From: Actinomycetota bacterium
GTDB taxonomy: Bacteria; Actinomycetota; Actinomycetes; S36-B12; UBA10799
NCBI GenBank assembly: GCA_963169225.1
Contig: CAUJDH010000030.1
Location: 8,738-72,737, forward strand
Length of the DNA: 64,000 nt
Direction: 5' to 3'
Part shown: positions 19,957 through 33,470 of the stretch, piece by piece
How positions within the stretch are numbered: the stretch's first letter is position 1
How the letters are laid out: every line of letters begins with the position of its first letter
Notes under the pieces: generated by a model
Databases searched by the model: none
Seen by the model: the letters and a program-made list of their open reading frames with translations, nothing else
Told to the model about the DNA's origin: nothing
Translations under genes and position numbers: made by a program

Positions 19957-21870
19957 ATGGCAGATCCGTCCACCTACCGGCCAAAACCGGGAACGGTTCC
20001 TAAGGAACCCGGTGTCTATCGCTTTCGCGATGAATCCGGTGTGGTGATCTATGTAGGTAAAGCCAAAAGCTTGCGGTCGCGATTAGCCAGTTATTTCGCT
20101 GACCCCGCCAGGCTGCACCCTCGGACAGCTGCCATGGTCCAGACGGCTTGCTCAGTGGATTGGGTGACAGTCGATTCCGAGCTTGAGGCCCTACAACTTG
20201 AGTACACCTGGATCAAGGAGTTTCGCCCCAGGTTCAACGTGTTGTTCAAAGATGACAAATCGCACCCGTATCTGGTTTTGACGATGTCCCAGGAGTTTCC
20301 GGCAGCATACGTTTCCCGCGCCAAGAAGGTTAAAGGTAATCGTTATTTTGGTCCGTACGTCCATGCCTGGGCATTACGCGAGACGCTTGATCAATTGCTG
20401 CGAGTGTTTCCGGTGCGAACATGCTCACAAGGCGTGTATCAGCGGCACCAACGAATCGGCCGTCCCTGTCTGCTGGGCGATATCGGAAAGTGTTCGGCGC
20501 CGTGTGTGGGTCGCATTGACAAGGAATCTTACGACTCGATGATCGACGATATGACAGCCTTCATGTCGGGAAGATCGGATCAGTTCATTCGCGAGGCTAA
20601 AAAGGCAATGCTCGAGGCATCTGAAAACCAGGACTATGAACGCGCTGCAGTCCTGCGCGACGAGCTTCTAGCTCTTCAGACGGTGCAAGAGAAGTCGGCC
20701 ATCGTGCTCCCCGACAACACTGACGCAGATGTGGTCGTGGTGGAACCTGACGAGCTTCAGGCTGCTTTCGAAGTGTTCCATGTCCGTGGTGGACGGGTCA
20801 CCGGTCAACGCAGCACTATCGTGGAGCGTCCGATAGACGACACTGTCGCTGACGTTGTGCATCAGTTCTTGGTTCAGTTTTATGGACTTGCAGCAGAAGA
20901 TCAAACTGTCACGGTTCCCCCCGAAATTCTTGTCAATGTGAACCCAACGTCAGTCGAGCTTGTGAGTGGTTGGTTACGCGAATCAGGCGGACGTCAGGTG
21001 GAGATTCGAATCCCGCAGCGCGGACCCAAGAAGGCTCTTGTCGAAACGGTCAAAGTCAATGCTCGTCAGGCACTTGCCTTGCACAAGCTCAAGCGAGGAT
21101 CAGACCTGACAACTCGGTCACTCGCACTAGACGAACTCCAGGGTGCCCTTGGTCTGCGACGGTCGCCGTTGCGGATCGAGTGCATCGACATCTCCAGTCA
21201 TCATGGGACCGACATTGTGGGATCTCTCGTGGTGTTTGAGGATGCACTTGCGAAGAAGAGTGACTACCGCAGCTATAACATTCCTGACGGGGCTGACGAT
21301 CTGTCCTCATTGCGGCAGGTGATTACCCGTCGGTTTGCCAAGCGTCTTACTCAGGAGGAGGAGTCAGCGCAGCTTTCTCCTGCCAACTCGGACGATGTTC
21401 AAGGCGCCGAGAGTGATGATGAAGAAATCAAGAGGTCGCGTTATGACACGACCTTGCTCGTAGTCGACGGCGGTTCTCCGCAAGTTAACGCGGCGGCGGA
21501 TGCGCTGAGCGAGTTGGGCATCACCGACTTAGATGTCGTTGGTTTGGCTAAGCGTCTTGAGGAAGTGTGGTTGCCCGGTCAAGAGGATCCGTTGATCATG
21601 TCCAGACGCAGTGAAGCCTTGTACTTGTTGCAACGGTTACGTGACGAGTCACACCGGTTTGCGATCGACCGGCACAGGAAGCGACGCACCGCCAAAATCA
21701 AGAAAAGTGCGCTCGACGATATTCCAGGACTGGGTGCCAAAAGGCGAGCAGACTTACTCAAACGATTTGGCTCGATCAAGAAGCTCAAAGAAGCGTCCGT
21801 TGACGATATTCAGGCCGTCCCAGGTATCGGTCCGCAATTAGCTCAAGTAATCGTTGAACATTTGCAGTGA
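19957..21870 (+). CDS. uvrC: Excinuclease ABC subunit C
   Basis: 637 aa. GIY-YIG motif GVYRFRDESGVVIYVGKAKSLRSR, UVR domain YERAAVLRDELLAL, and C-terminal HhH IPGLGAKRRADLL...VPGIGPQLA. Confidence 0.96.
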   Translation: MADPSTYRPKPGTVPKEPGVYRFRDESGVVIYVGKAKSLRSRLASYFADPARLHPRTAAMVQTACSVDWVTVDSELEALQLEYTWIKEFRPRFNVLFKDDKSHPYLVLTMSQEFPAAYVSRAKKVKGNRYFGPYVHAWALRETLDQLLRVFPVRTCSQGVYQRHQRIGRPCLLGDIGKCSAPCVGRIDKESYDSMIDDMTAFMSGRSDQFIREAKKAMLEASENQDYERAAVLRDELLALQTVQEKSAIVLPDNTDADVVVVEPDELQAAFEVFHVRGGRVTGQRSTIVERPIDDTVADVVHQFLVQFYGLAAEDQTVTVPPEILVNVNPTSVELVSGWLRESGGRQVEIRIPQRGPKKALVETVKVNARQALALHKLKRGSDLTTRSLALDELQGALGLRRSPLRIECIDISSHHGTDIVGSLVVFEDALAKKSDYRSYNIPDGADDLSSLRQVITRRFAKRLTQEEESAQLSPANSDDVQGAESDDEEIKRSRYDTTLLVVDGGSPQVNAAADALSELGITDLDVVGLAKRLEEVWLPGQEDPLIMSRRSEALYLLQRLRDESHRFAIDRHRKRRTAKIKKSALDDIPGLGAKRRADLLKRFGSIKKLKEASVDDIQAVPGIGPQLAQVIVEHLQ

Positions 21871-21925
21871 GCATCTCGCTTCGTCAACTGATTTGCGCCA
21901 TGCTTGTGCTGTGAGTCTTGACAAT

Positions 21926-22780
21926 ATGGAAGTAGTGCTCGTCACGGGAATGTCTGGTGCCGGGCGATCTACCGCTGCCCAGGCACTCGAAGATCTCGGT
22001 TGGTTTGTGATCGACAACCTCCCACCTAACTTGATTACGGCCGCAACAGAATCACTCAGCGAAGCAGGAACGGTCGACCGAGTGGGCGTGGTTATTGACA
22101 TTCGCGGTGGTACGGCATCGTTTGTTGGTCTTGTCGATGAGGCGAAGGCATTGTCCGAGCGAGGCGTAGATTGTCGAATCGTTTTTCTCGAAGCGGACGA
22201 TCAAACCTTGGTTCGAAGGTTTGAGAGTAGCCGACGTCCTCATCCGCTCAAGGGGCATCCGGTGATCCTTGAGAGCATTCAGAACGAACGGGGACTCCTA
22301 GCGGAAGTACGTGAATATGCCGATGTCGTGATCGACACAAGCCATCTCAATGTGCACGATCTGCGCCGTCGAGTAGAAGCCGCATTCGAGGATGAGGGCG
22401 AAGCCACTTTGCGAGCCACCGTTATGTCTTTCGGGTTCAAATACGGGATTCCGGTCGACGCTGATTTGGTAGCCGATATGCGATTCCTACCGAACCCTTA
22501 TTGGGACCCAGAACTGCGTGACAAAACAGGCCTTGACGCTGATGTCAGTGATTATGTGACCGCTCATGATGAAGCACGCGAATTTCTTGATGTCTACACC
22601 AAATACATCAACTTGGTGGCCGACGGCTATATCCGTGAGGGTAAGCGGTACCTCACGATCGCAGTCGGTTGTACCGGCGGCAAACACCGCAGCGTCGCAA
22701 TGTCTGAGAACCTCGCAGCACGGCTGGTACGCGAAGGTGTCGAGACTCTCGTTTATCACCGGGATCTGGGGCGGGAGTAA
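21926..22780 (+). CDS. rapZ: RNase adapter / nucleotide-binding protein RapZ
   Basis: The ATG at 21926 is in frame with ORF 21854..22780. Motifs: VTGMSGAGRSTAA, DNLPP, IAVGCTGGKHRSV. Confidence 0.9.
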   Translation: MEVVLVTGMSGAGRSTAAQALEDLGWFVIDNLPPNLITAATESLSEAGTVDRVGVVIDIRGGTASFVGLVDEAKALSERGVDCRIVFLEADDQTLVRRFESSRRPHPLKGHPVILESIQNERGLLAEVREYADVVIDTSHLNVHDLRRRVEAAFEDEGEATLRATVMSFGFKYGIPVDADLVADMRFLPNPYWDPELRDKTGLDADVSDYVTAHDEAREFLDVYTKYINLVADGYIREGKRYLTIAVGCTGGKHRSVAMSENLAARLVREGVETLVYHRDLGRE

Positions 22781-22782
22781 GA

Positions 22783-23787
22783 ATGGCGGTGAACAATCGG
22801 GGACCGCAACAGAAGATCGGACCAGCCGTCGTAGCCCTTGGTGGTGGACACGGCCTCTCGATGTCTTTACGTGCCTTACGCAATCTCACTGACAACCTCA
22901 CCGCAATCGTCGGTGTATCAGACAACGGCGGATCTTCTGGGCGACTTCGCGACGAGTTCGACCTGATTCCACCCGGTGATTTGCGTATGGCTTTAGCCGC
23001 TCTATGTGGTGACGATGCCTGGGGGCGCACGTGGTCGCGGATCATGCAGCATCGGTATCCAGGCGACGGTGAGCTAGCCGGCCATGCAGCCGGAAACTTA
23101 CTGATCACTGCGCTGTGGCAAGAGACAGCCAATACCGTTGAGGGTCTGGATTGGATGGCAGCCCTACTTGGGGCACATGGACGTGTGTTGCCAGTGGCCA
23201 ACGAACCTCTCAGCTTGGTGGCTCAAATTGAGGGAGCCGATCCAGCGCATCCTGACGAGGTCAAAGAAGTGGTGGGCCAAGTCCAAATCGAACGTTCACC
23301 GGGCATCGTGAAGAGTCTCGACATCGTTCCTGCCGACCCGCAACCGTGCCCGGAGGCTATCGCCGCACTTGCTGTGGCAGATGGCATCGTTTTGGGGCCA
23401 GGTAGCTGGTACACGAGTGTGTTGCCGCACTTACTGGTCCCCGAGATTCGTACGGCGATCCGAGAGTCCACCGGAGTCAAGATCCTTGTGCTCAATCTTG
23501 ACCCGCAAAAGGGCGATGAAGCTGAGGCCAAACCGCATTCAAATCTGGAAACTTGGGTCGAACAATTTGGCGATGTGCCCCTTGACTATGTGCTGGTGGA
23601 TACCAGTTCTGAATCCGAACGAAGCGAGCTAGAGCGCCTTTGTAGTGCGCTTGGGGCACGCCTGGTTACCGAAAAACTAGCCCGAATTGACCAGGATGGT
23701 TCCCGAATGAGGGTCCATGACCCATTACTTTTGGCAGCTGGGCTACGGTCTTTGCTGATCCATGGCACTATTTATCCATGGCAATGA
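22783..23787 (+). CDS. yvcK: YvcK/CofD-family gluconeogenesis factor (UPF0052)
   Basis: Motifs [33 protein letters not shown]. It lies in the conserved rapZ-yvcK-whiA order. Confidence 0.9.
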   Translation: MAVNNRGPQQKIGPAVVALGGGHGLSMSLRALRNLTDNLTAIVGVSDNGGSSGRLRDEFDLIPPGDLRMALAALCGDDAWGRTWSRIMQHRYPGDGELAGHAAGNLLITALWQETANTVEGLDWMAALLGAHGRVLPVANEPLSLVAQIEGADPAHPDEVKEVVGQVQIERSPGIVKSLDIVPADPQPCPEAIAALAVADGIVLGPGSWYTSVLPHLLVPEIRTAIRESTGVKILVLNLDPQKGDEAEAKPHSNLETWVEQFGDVPLDYVLVDTSSESERSELERLCSALGARLVTEKLARIDQDGSRMRVHDPLLLAAGLRSLLIHGTIYPWQ

Positions 23788-24758
23788 CTTCCGCTGTAAA
23801 AGACGAGCTCAGTAGATTCGAACTTAAGAAGGCCTGTTGTCGCAAAGCCGAAGTATCCACGATGCTGCGTTTTGCTGGTGGGCTCCATTTGGTCTCAGGA
23901 AAAATCGTCGTCGAAGCTGAACTAGATACTGGCAATGCTGCGCGCCGCTTGCGTGCCAATATTCAAGAGATCTACGGTCACAATCCTGAATTGGCTGTCA
24001 TTCATCCAGGTGGACTTCGTAAGGGCAATCGCTATCTCGTGCGAGTTACCCGCGGGGGAGAGGCGCTAGCTAAACAGACCGGACTCATCGACGGTTCGGG
24101 TCGTCCTGTTCGTGGACTTCCTCCCCAGGTAGTTACCGGCGCTGATTGCGACATCGAAGCAGCGTGGCGTGGAGCCTTCCTTGTTCACGGATCGTTGACC
24201 GAACCCGGTCGTTCGTCTGCGCTGGAGATTACGTGCCCAGGACCTGAAGCTGCTTTGGCGCTGGTCGGGTCAGCGCGCCGCATGGGCTTGGCAAGCAAAT
24301 CCCGTGAAGTTCGTGGGGTTGACCGGGTTGTCATGCGTGATGGCGACGCAATCGGTGCCATGCTTACCCGTCTTGGAGCACACGAAACTGTGCTCGAGTG
24401 GGAAGAGCGCCGCATGCGCCGCGAAGTGCGAGCGACTGCCCACCGACTAGCCAACTTTGATGATGCGAACTTGCGCAGGTCCGCCCGTGCAGCTGTAGCC
24501 GCCGGGGCTCGAGTCGAGCGTGCGCTTGAAATCTTGAGTGATACCGTTCCTGATCATCTGCGCGAGGCAGGAAACCTTCGAATCCAACACAAGCAGGCCA
24601 GCCTGGAAGAGCTCGGCGCTTTGGCAGATCCGCCCATGACCAAAGATGCGATCGCCGGCAGAATCCGCCGTCTGCTTGCCATGGCAGACAAGCGGGCACG
24701 AGAACTTGGCGTTCCTGACACCGAGGCTGCACTAACGCCGGACATGCTCGCGCCTTGA
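23778..24758 (+). CDS. whiA: Sporulation/cell-division transcription regulator WhiA
   Basis: N-terminus [11 protein letters not shown], a degenerate LAGLIDADG-type body, and a C-terminal HTH ([25 protein letters not shown]). Confidence 0.93.
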   Translation: MAMTSAVKDELSRFELKKACCRKAEVSTMLRFAGGLHLVSGKIVVEAELDTGNAARRLRANIQEIYGHNPELAVIHPGGLRKGNRYLVRVTRGGEALAKQTGLIDGSGRPVRGLPPQVVTGADCDIEAAWRGAFLVHGSLTEPGRSSALEITCPGPEAALALVGSARRMGLASKSREVRGVDRVVMRDGDAIGAMLTRLGAHETVLEWEERRMRREVRATAHRLANFDDANLRRSARAAVAAGARVERALEILSDTVPDHLREAGNLRIQHKQASLEELGALADPPMTKDAIAGRIRRLLAMADKRARELGVPDTEAALTPDMLAP

Positions 24759-24858
24759 TTTTGTTAGCACCTTTAGTCGGGTAGGGTAAGCGGCAAGGAC
24801 TAAAAATAGCTTGCCGGTTTCGGTGACCGGTTCCTACCAAGACAGAAGGTGTATCTAA

Positions 24859-27104
<2,246 letters not shown>

Positions 27105-27143
27105 GACCTAAGTTTGAAGCTCGGATTTACTAGAGGAGATGGA

Positions 27144-27929
27144 ATGGCTCAAGAACGCAAGCCTTTGATGGCGGGCAACTGGAAGATGAATCTTAACCAC
27201 CTTGAGGCCATTGCCTTGGTGCAAAAGCTGGCATTTGCACTCAAGGGCGACGACTACGACGCTGTGGATGTAGCCGTCTTGCCGCCGTTCACGGACATCC
27301 GTTCGATTCAAACTCTGGTCGATGGTGACAAGTTGCGTATTGAGTATGGAGCGCAGGACATCTCGGAACATGATTCCGGTGCCTATACCGGTGAGATCGC
27401 TGGCAGCATGCTGGCCAAGCTCGGTTGCTCGTTTGCCACGGTGGGGCACAGTGAGCGCCGTCAGTACCACAACGAGAACGATGAGGTAGTCAACGCAAAA
27501 GCCAAGGCTGCGCTCAAGAATGGGATTACGCCGATTATTTGCGTGGGCGAAGGCTTAGATGTTCGCCAAGAAGGCAACCAGGTTCAATACACGCTAGCCC
27601 AGGTCGATGGGGCTCTTGACGGCCTAACAGCCCAAGATGTGGCAAGTTCAGTCATCGCTTACGAGCCGGTGTGGGCAATCGGAACTGGTGAAGTCGCTAC
27701 GCCTGAGGATGCACAAGAAGTGTGCGCAGCAATCCGTGCCCGTCTGGCGGACCTTTACGATGATGAAACTGCACAATCGACCCGCATTCTTTATGGCGGA
27801 TCCGTCAAGCCAGACAACGTAGCGGGCATCATGGCGATGGGTGACGTAGATGGCGGACTCGTCGGTGGCGCGAGTATTGATCCAGACGATTTTGTTGCCC
27901 TGATACGCTACAGGCTGTTAACAAATTGA
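27144..27929 (+). CDS. tpiA: Triose-phosphate isomerase
   Basis: The ATG at 27144 follows GAGGAG. Motifs: [25 protein letters not shown]. Confidence 0.95.
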   Translation: MAQERKPLMAGNWKMNLNHLEAIALVQKLAFALKGDDYDAVDVAVLPPFTDIRSIQTLVDGDKLRIEYGAQDISEHDSGAYTGEIAGSMLAKLGCSFATVGHSERRQYHNENDEVVNAKAKAALKNGITPIICVGEGLDVRQEGNQVQYTLAQVDGALDGLTAQDVASSVIAYEPVWAIGTGEVATPEDAQEVCAAIRARLADLYDDETAQSTRILYGGSVKPDNVAGIMAMGDVDGGLVGGASIDPDDFVALIRYRLLTN

Positions 27930-27960
27930 GTTTTCGTCCGAAATTGCCGAAGGGTATGCC

Positions 27961-28194
27961 GTGTTACTAGCGCTAGAGATCATTCTGGTTATTACCAGCA
28001 TCCTCCTTATTGCCTTGGTGCTTATGCACAAGGGCACGGGTGGTGGACTCTCGGACATGTTTGGTGGCGGTATGTCGAGCACCATCGGTGGATCGAGCGT
28101 TGCTGAACGAAACCTGGACCGCATTACTGTTGTCGTTGGGCTAGTTTGGGCCGCAACGATCATCGGTCTGGGCCTAATCATCAAAGTTTCTTAG
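27961..28194 (+). CDS. secG: Preprotein translocase subunit SecG
   Basis: 77 aa with two TM segments and LMHKGTGGGLSDMFGGG. It follows tpiA, as is usual. Confidence 0.9.
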   Translation: MLLALEIILVITSILLIALVLMHKGTGGGLSDMFGGGMSSTIGGSSVAERNLDRITVVVGLVWAATIIGLGLIIKVS

Positions 28195-28205
28195 GGGACT
28201 GACTT

Positions 28206-28556
28206 ATGGCCGGAAGTAGTGGAAGTTCGATTCGAGGCAGCCGCGTCGGTGCCGGACCAATGGGCGAGGATGAGCGAGGTGAACCAGCTCCACGCGTTGC
28301 TATTTCTTTCTGGTGTGCCAACCAGCATGAATCCCAGCCGACCTTTGCTGTCGGTGTAGAACCACCGGAGGAGTGGGACTGTCCACGCTGCGGCTACCCT
28401 GCGGGGCGCGATAAGGATAATCCGCCTGCACCGCCCAAGAACGAGCCGTACAAGAGCCACTTGGCATATGTCAAAGAGCGTCGCACCAACCGCGACGGCG
28501 GATCGCTACTTCGCGAGGCACTGAAGAAGCACCGAGAAGACAAAGACGAGTTCTAG
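28206..28556 (+). CDS. rbpA: RNA polymerase-binding protein RbpA
   Basis: IRGSRVG...APR...FWCANQHE...WDCPRCG...KSHLAYVKERR matches the RbpA core, basic linker and sigma-interaction pattern. Confidence 0.85.
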   Translation: MAGSSGSSIRGSRVGAGPMGEDERGEPAPRVAISFWCANQHESQPTFAVGVEPPEEWDCPRCGYPAGRDKDNPPAPPKNEPYKSHLAYVKERRTNRDGGSLLREALKKHREDKDEF

Positions 28557-28572
28557 ATTTTTGGCTTAGGTT

Positions 28573-29187
28573 TTAGTTCTTAAGCATCTTCTTCATCTGG
28601 GTGATTTCGGCCTCTTGAGAGGTAATGATCTCCTGGGCGAGTGCCTTGGCTTGTGGATTCTCTCCGTTGGCAAGTTCGTCTTTCGCCATGATGACGGCAC
28701 CTTCGTGATGTTTGATCATCATCTCGATCCACATTCGATCGAATTTCGCGCCAGTTGAGTTCTCGAGTTCCTGCATTTCTGTAGCCGACATCATTCCGTG
28801 CATGCTTGAGTCTTCAGTGCTGGATCCGTGATCGCCGTGCCCGTTGGAGTCGGCTGTTGAGGTCGGTGCTCCCCATACTGCAAGCCACGCTTTCATTTGC
28901 TCGATTTCTGGGCCCTGAGCATTAGCAATCTTTTTAGCCAGCGTGATGAGTTCTTTGTTCTGTGAATGAGTCGGAACCATGTCAGCCATATCGAGGGCCT
29001 GCTCATGGTGGGGGATCATCATTTGGGCAAATTTGATGTCAGCATCGTTATGAACGGCATCAACCTGAACCGTACTCGAAGCAGTCGGAGTGGGCTGTGA
29101 GTCGTGTGATGAACCACAACCGACAAGGAACAAGGCAGCGGCAGCTACCGGGGCGATCAGAATTCGTTTCCTTGAGTTCACAGTCAT
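28573..29187 (-). CDS. DUF305-family lipoprotein (four-helix, His-rich metal-associated)
   Basis: The probable start is the ATG at 29187, giving a lipoprotein signal MTVNSRKRILIAPVAAAALFLVGC. It has duplicated MIPHHEQALDMA and MIKHHEGAVIMA motifs. The longer ORF to 29286 adds a non-signal-like extension. Confidence 0.75.
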   Translation of the reverse strand: MTVNSRKRILIAPVAAAALFLVGCGSSHDSQPTPTASSTVQVDAVHNDADIKFAQMMIPHHEQALDMADMVPTHSQNKELITLAKKIANAQGPEIEQMKAWLAVWGAPTSTADSNGHGDHGSSTEDSSMHGMMSATEMQELENSTGAKFDRMWIEMMIKHHEGAVIMAKDELANGENPQAKALAQEIITSQEAEITQMKKMLKN

Positions 29188-29222
29188 TCTTTGAAGATAC
29201 ACCATGAAGCCAAAGACGAACT

Positions 29223-29363
29223 CTAGTTCGTTGCGGACGCTGTCGGCGTCGGGGTTGGGGTGGTGTGACCCTTGTGATTGCTGCAAGCCGAGAGAGCTAC
29301 AACTGCGGCAGCAGCGGTAACGACTGCAGTAATTTTCTTTAGGTTAGAGCGTCGGGTTTTCAT
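29223..29363 (-). CDS. 46-codon putative prelipoprotein or remnant of a DUF305-type paralogue
   Basis: Not in the ORF track because it is under 60 aa. Its ATG (29363..29361) overlaps the pgl stop as ATGA. Translation: MKTRRSNLKKITAVVTAAAAVVALSACSNHKGHTTPTPTPTASATN, with lipobox LSAC. The signal and PTPTAS linker resemble the N-terminus of the downstream DUF305 protein. Confidence 0.3.
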   Translation of the reverse strand: MKTRRSNLKKITAVVTAAAAVVALSACSNHKGHTTPTPTPTASATN

Positions 29364-30118
29364 GACAGCAGTTTAGCGGCTAAACGGTCGCAAAACAGCA
29401 CGGTGGAGTCTTGGCCGCGGGCTGCTCCTGCTGGGGCTTCTATGGCGGGGAGGTTCGAAGTAGCGAGTTTGATTGCATCGGCTTTGCCGTCGCCGAACGC
29501 TACTAGCCACACCTGTTTGGAATTGTTGATCACGCGCATGGTGAAGGTTGTGCGCTGAGGTGGAGGTTTGGGGGAGTCTGAGATCGATACCACTGTCTCA
29601 GGAGCGAACTGTTGCTCGTGACCTGGGAACAGTGATGCGATATGAGCATCCTCGCCGATGCCTAGAAGTGAGACGTCGAATAACGGACAGTCGCCGGACT
29701 CTGCGGCAGCAGCTAGTTCGGCAGCGTAGCCTTTAGCCGCAGCCTCGACATCATCTCCGTATTCTTCACCAAGGGCAGGCATGGGGTGAATACGTGCCGG
29801 GTCCAAATCCACATGGTTGAGCAGTGCATCCCACGCACCGGTCTCGTTGCGCTCTGGGTCACCATTGGGCAAGAACCGTTCATCCGACCACCAAAGCTCG
29901 ACGCGCTTCCAATCAATCTCGTCAACGCGATCCTGACTACGCACAGCGGCAAGAGTGTTGAGGCCTCCTCGACCACCAGTCAGGCTCAGGTGTGAGACCT
30001 GTCCCTGTGACTGGGTGGCGAGGATGGCATCAACAAGCCTGGCGGCGGCAGCATTTGCTACCTGATCTTGGTCGTCATAAATGTGAAGTTCTTGACCAGT
30101 GTTGAGCTCAGCTGACAT
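29360..30118 (-). CDS. pgl: 6-phosphogluconolactonase
   Basis: Start is the ATG at 30118 (MSAELNTGQELHIYDD...). Motifs LSLTGGRGG, WWSDERFLP, LLGIGEDAHIASLFPG. The long ORF to 30625 is an out-of-frame overlap with tal. Confidence 0.88.
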   Translation of the reverse strand: MSAELNTGQELHIYDDQDQVANAAAARLVDAILATQSQGQVSHLSLTGGRGGLNTLAAVRSQDRVDEIDWKRVELWWSDERFLPNGDPERNETGAWDALLNHVDLDPARIHPMPALGEEYGDDVEAAAKGYAAELAAAAESGDCPLFDVSLLGIGEDAHIASLFPGHEQQFAPETVVSISDSPKPPPQRTTFTMRVINNSKQVWLVAFGDGKADAIKLATSNLPAIEAPAGAARGQDSTVLFCDRLAAKLLS

Positions 30119-30143
30119 TTGGTTTGCCCTATTCTCGCCAGAA

Positions 30144-31244
30144 CTAGCTGATTGCCTTCTGGAGGTTGTCGAGTAGCTCTTGCCAAGCGACGATGAACTT
30201 GTCGACGCCTTCGTCTTCGAGCTCCTGAAACACGGCAGGAAGGTCAACACCAGCGGCAACGACCTTGTCGAATACCTCCTGCGCCTCAGCCTGGGTACCC
30301 GAGATGGTGTCTCCACCGTCATGTCCGTGGTCTTCAACGGCGCGCAGAGTCTTCTCCGGCATGGTGTTGACGATCTTCGGTCCGGCCAACTCGACCACAT
30401 AGCGGTCATCTGCGTAGGCAGGGTCCTTGACGCCAGTGGAGGCCCACAGGGGACGCTGTACACGTGCACCCTTGGCTTCCAGTGCCTTCCAACGCTCACT
30501 AGCTTCAGCCTTCTGGAACGCACCATAGGCAAGACGCGCATTGGCGATACCAGCCTGGCCAAGGAGAGCCTTCGCCTCATCGGTTCCGATCTTCTCGAGT
30601 GCGGCATCGATATTGCTATCAACACGGCTTACGAAGAACGATGCGACCGAGTGGATCTTCGACAGATCGTGACCATTGGCATCGGCCTTCTCAAGGCCCG
30701 AAAGCCAAGCGTCGATGACCTGCTCGTAGCGGTCGACGTTGAAGATCAAGGTGACGTTGACCGAGATTCCATTGGCTAGAACCTCGGTGATGGCAGGTAG
30801 GCCCTCATTGGTGGCAGGAATCTTGATCAGTACGTTCTCGCGGTCAACCAACCAGTGCAGTGCCTTGGCCTCGGCAATAGTGGCTGCAGTTTCGCGAGCC
30901 AGACGCGGATCAACCTCGATCGATACGCGGCCGTCGTAGCCTTCAGAGTTGTTGTAGATGTCCTCGAAGATTTCGCAGGCATCACGCACGTCCATGGCGG
31001 TCATGGAGCGAACAGCCTCGCCGACATCTGTTTTGCGGGTCTTGAGGTCAGCAACTTGCTCCGCATAGTCTGCGGAACCACCGGAGATAGCGGCATTGAA
31101 GATCGCCGGGTTCGTGGTAACGCCAACAACATGCTCATTGTCGATCAGTTCCTGAAGGTTGCCGGTGTTGATGCGCTCGCGGCTAAGGTCATCTAGCCAA
31201 ATAGAAACGCCTGCATCGGATAGTGCTTTCAAATGGTCGCCCAT
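30144..31244 (-). CDS. tal: Transaldolase
   Basis: 366 aa. Motifs [25 protein letters not shown]. Confidence 0.93.
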   Translation of the reverse strand: MGDHLKALSDAGVSIWLDDLSRERINTGNLQELIDNEHVVGVTTNPAIFNAAISGGSADYAEQVADLKTRKTDVGEAVRSMTAMDVRDACEIFEDIYNNSEGYDGRVSIEVDPRLARETAATIAEAKALHWLVDRENVLIKIPATNEGLPAITEVLANGISVNVTLIFNVDRYEQVIDAWLSGLEKADANGHDLSKIHSVASFFVSRVDSNIDAALEKIGTDEAKALLGQAGIANARLAYGAFQKAEASERWKALEAKGARVQRPLWASTGVKDPAYADDRYVVELAGPKIVNTMPEKTLRAVEDHGHDGGDTISGTQAEAQEVFDKVVAAGVDLPAVFQELEDEGVDKFIVAWQELLDNLQKAIS

Positions 31245-31291
31245 GTTCTCAATTCCTTTGAAGTAGTTGTTTTGGTTGTCGTTGGATTTGG

Positions 31292-33340
31292 CTATTTATT
31301 AGCTTCGATGGTTTCTTTGGCTTTTGCCACAACATTGTCGACAGTGAAACCAAATTCCTTCATGAGGTAGGCGCCATCAGCCGAAGCACCGTAGTGCTCA
31401 AGGCTTACCGAACGACCGTTGTCGCCCACGATTGCACGCCATGGTTCAGCTAAGCCGGCCTCAACCGAAACTCGTGCCTTGACATCTGGCGGCAGAATCG
31501 AATCTTGGTAAGCCTGATCTTGAGCGTAGAACCACTCGAAGCAAGGCATAGAGACAACGCGGGTTGGTACACCATCAGCCTCAAGCTGTTCAGCGGCACC
31601 AACTGCTAGCTGAACTTCGGAGCCTGTGGCCACGATGATCAGCTCTGGCGAACCGCTGGAAGCCTCGACACGGACGTAGGCACCTTTGGCGACATCTTCG
31701 TTCTTGTCGTAGACAGGCAGTCCTTGGCGGCTCAAGACCAGACCAGCTGGTTTTTGGTTCCGGAGGATCGTTTGCCAAGCAACAGCCGTCTCGTTGGCAT
31801 CCGCCGGGCGAACGATGTGCAGATTCGGGATCGCACGGTACGCAGTCAGATGTTCGACTGGCTGGTGAGTTGGTCCGTCTTCGCCCAGACCGATCGAGTC
31901 GTGAGTCCAGACATAGGTGACAGGGATGTCCATGAGGGAACCGACACGAACCGCGCCGCGCATGTAGTCAGCGAAAGTAAAGAACGTTCCACCGTAGATC
32001 TTGGAGATACCGCCAACGGCGATTCCGTTGATGATCGAACCCATAGCGTGCTCACGAATACCGAAGTGGATGATTCGACCACCAGGTGAAGGGTTGTCAG
32101 CCTTAGAGCCTTCTGGCAAGAAGGAGAGGCCACCTTCGATGCTGGTGTTGTTCGAGCCTGCGAGGTCAGCAGAACCGCCCCAGAACTCGGGTAGAACCTT
32201 AGCGATGGTGTTGATGGTCTCGCCAGATGCCACGCGGGTAGCGACCGAAGATCCTGTCTCCCACTCAGGAACAGCAGAATCGAACTCGGCTGGGAACTCG
32301 CCCGAGGTAATCCTGTCGAAGAGTGCAGCCTTCTCGGGGTGGCTCTCGCGCCACTTGTCAAAGTCGGCCTTCCAAGCCTGGTGCGCCTCTTGACCGCGAC
32401 CCTTGACCTCACGTGCGTGGTCAAGAACCTCCTGCGAAATCTCGAATTCCTTCTCTGGGTCGAATCCGAGAATCTCCTTGATCTTGGCGATCTCATCCGC
32501 ACCCAAGTCAGCACCGTGAGCCTTACCGGTGTTCTGCAGGGTCGGTGCAGGCCAGCCGATGATCGAGCGAACCTTGATGATGGTTGGACGCTTATCGTCA
32601 GCCTTGGCTTCTTGGATCGCCGAGTAGAGGGCGTTGATGTCGATGCTGCCGTTTGGTTCCAGTTCGACATCTAGGGTTTGCCACCCGTAAGCCTCGTAAC
32701 GCTTGAGTACATCCTCGGTGAACGCCACATTAGTGTTGCCCTCAATCGAAATGTGGTTGTCATCGTAAATAAGAATCAGGTTGCCAAGGCCCTGAGTGCC
32801 AGCAAGTGAGGAGGCCTCGGAGGTGACTCCCTCTTCTAAGCAGCCATCTCCGGCGATGACGTAGACGTGGTGGTCGAAGGGGCTTTCACCTGGAGCGGCA
32901 GCCGAATCGAATAGTTCGCGGGTGTAACGGGCGTCCATAGCCATGCCGACAGCATTGGCAAGACCTTGACCCAGCGGACCGGTTGTGACTTCGACGCCAA
33001 CCGTGTGGCCGTACTCGGGGTGGCCAGGAGTGAGGCTTCCTGCTTGACGGAAGTGCTCGATGTCCTCAAGTTCGAGTCCGTAGCCCGAAAGGAACAGCTG
33101 TAGGTACAGCGTGAGACTGGAGTGTCCGGCCGAGAGCACGAATCGGTCGCGACCAACCCAGTTTGGGTCACTGGGGTCGTGACGCATGATGCGTTGGAAC
33201 AGCAAGGTGGCGGCAGGGGCAAGGCTCATAGCCGTACCTGGGTGACCGTTTCCTACACGGTGAACCGCATCGGCGGCTAAAACGCGGACAGTATCTACAG
33301 TGCGACGATCCAGATCGTTCCATTCCAGCTGGTCTGACAC
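31292..33340 (-). CDS. tkt: Transketolase
   Basis: 682 aa. Motifs [37 protein letters not shown]. Confidence 0.96.
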   Translation of the reverse strand: MSDQLEWNDLDRRTVDTVRVLAADAVHRVGNGHPGTAMSLAPAATLLFQRIMRHDPSDPNWVGRDRFVLSAGHSSLTLYLQLFLSGYGLELEDIEHFRQAGSLTPGHPEYGHTVGVEVTTGPLGQGLANAVGMAMDARYTRELFDSAAAPGESPFDHHVYVIAGDGCLEEGVTSEASSLAGTQGLGNLILIYDDNHISIEGNTNVAFTEDVLKRYEAYGWQTLDVELEPNGSIDINALYSAIQEAKADDKRPTIIKVRSIIGWPAPTLQNTGKAHGADLGADEIAKIKEILGFDPEKEFEISQEVLDHAREVKGRGQEAHQAWKADFDKWRESHPEKAALFDRITSGEFPAEFDSAVPEWETGSSVATRVASGETINTIAKVLPEFWGGSADLAGSNNTSIEGGLSFLPEGSKADNPSPGGRIIHFGIREHAMGSIINGIAVGGISKIYGGTFFTFADYMRGAVRVGSLMDIPVTYVWTHDSIGLGEDGPTHQPVEHLTAYRAIPNLHIVRPADANETAVAWQTILRNQKPAGLVLSRQGLPVYDKNEDVAKGAYVRVEASSGSPELIIVATGSEVQLAVGAAEQLEADGVPTRVVSMPCFEWFYAQDQAYQDSILPPDVKARVSVEAGLAEPWRAIVGDNGRSVSLEHYGASADGAYLMKEFGFTVDNVVAKAKETIEANK

Positions 33341-33470
33341 GAGGTTTCCTTCCCGGAGGGCTATGAAGTAGGTGGGCGTGCCGCTTATATAACGGACGTC
33401 CGCAAAAAAGTCCTTGCGTGCGTGAGCGTAGCGAAAAGCAAGTTAGTAAGCCAGTTATGGCCGCCGACGG

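Noticed and set aside
20998-21016. A tRNA T-arm-like string (GGAGATTCGAATCCCGC)
   Set aside because: It lies inside the uvrC reading frame, and no acceptor, D or anticodon stems can be built around it.
29360-30625. A 421-aa version of the pgl ORF extending over the 3' end of tal
   Set aside because: The first roughly 170 residues are Arg/Ser/Pro-rich nonsense read out of frame across tal. The conserved lactonase begins at the ATG at 30118.
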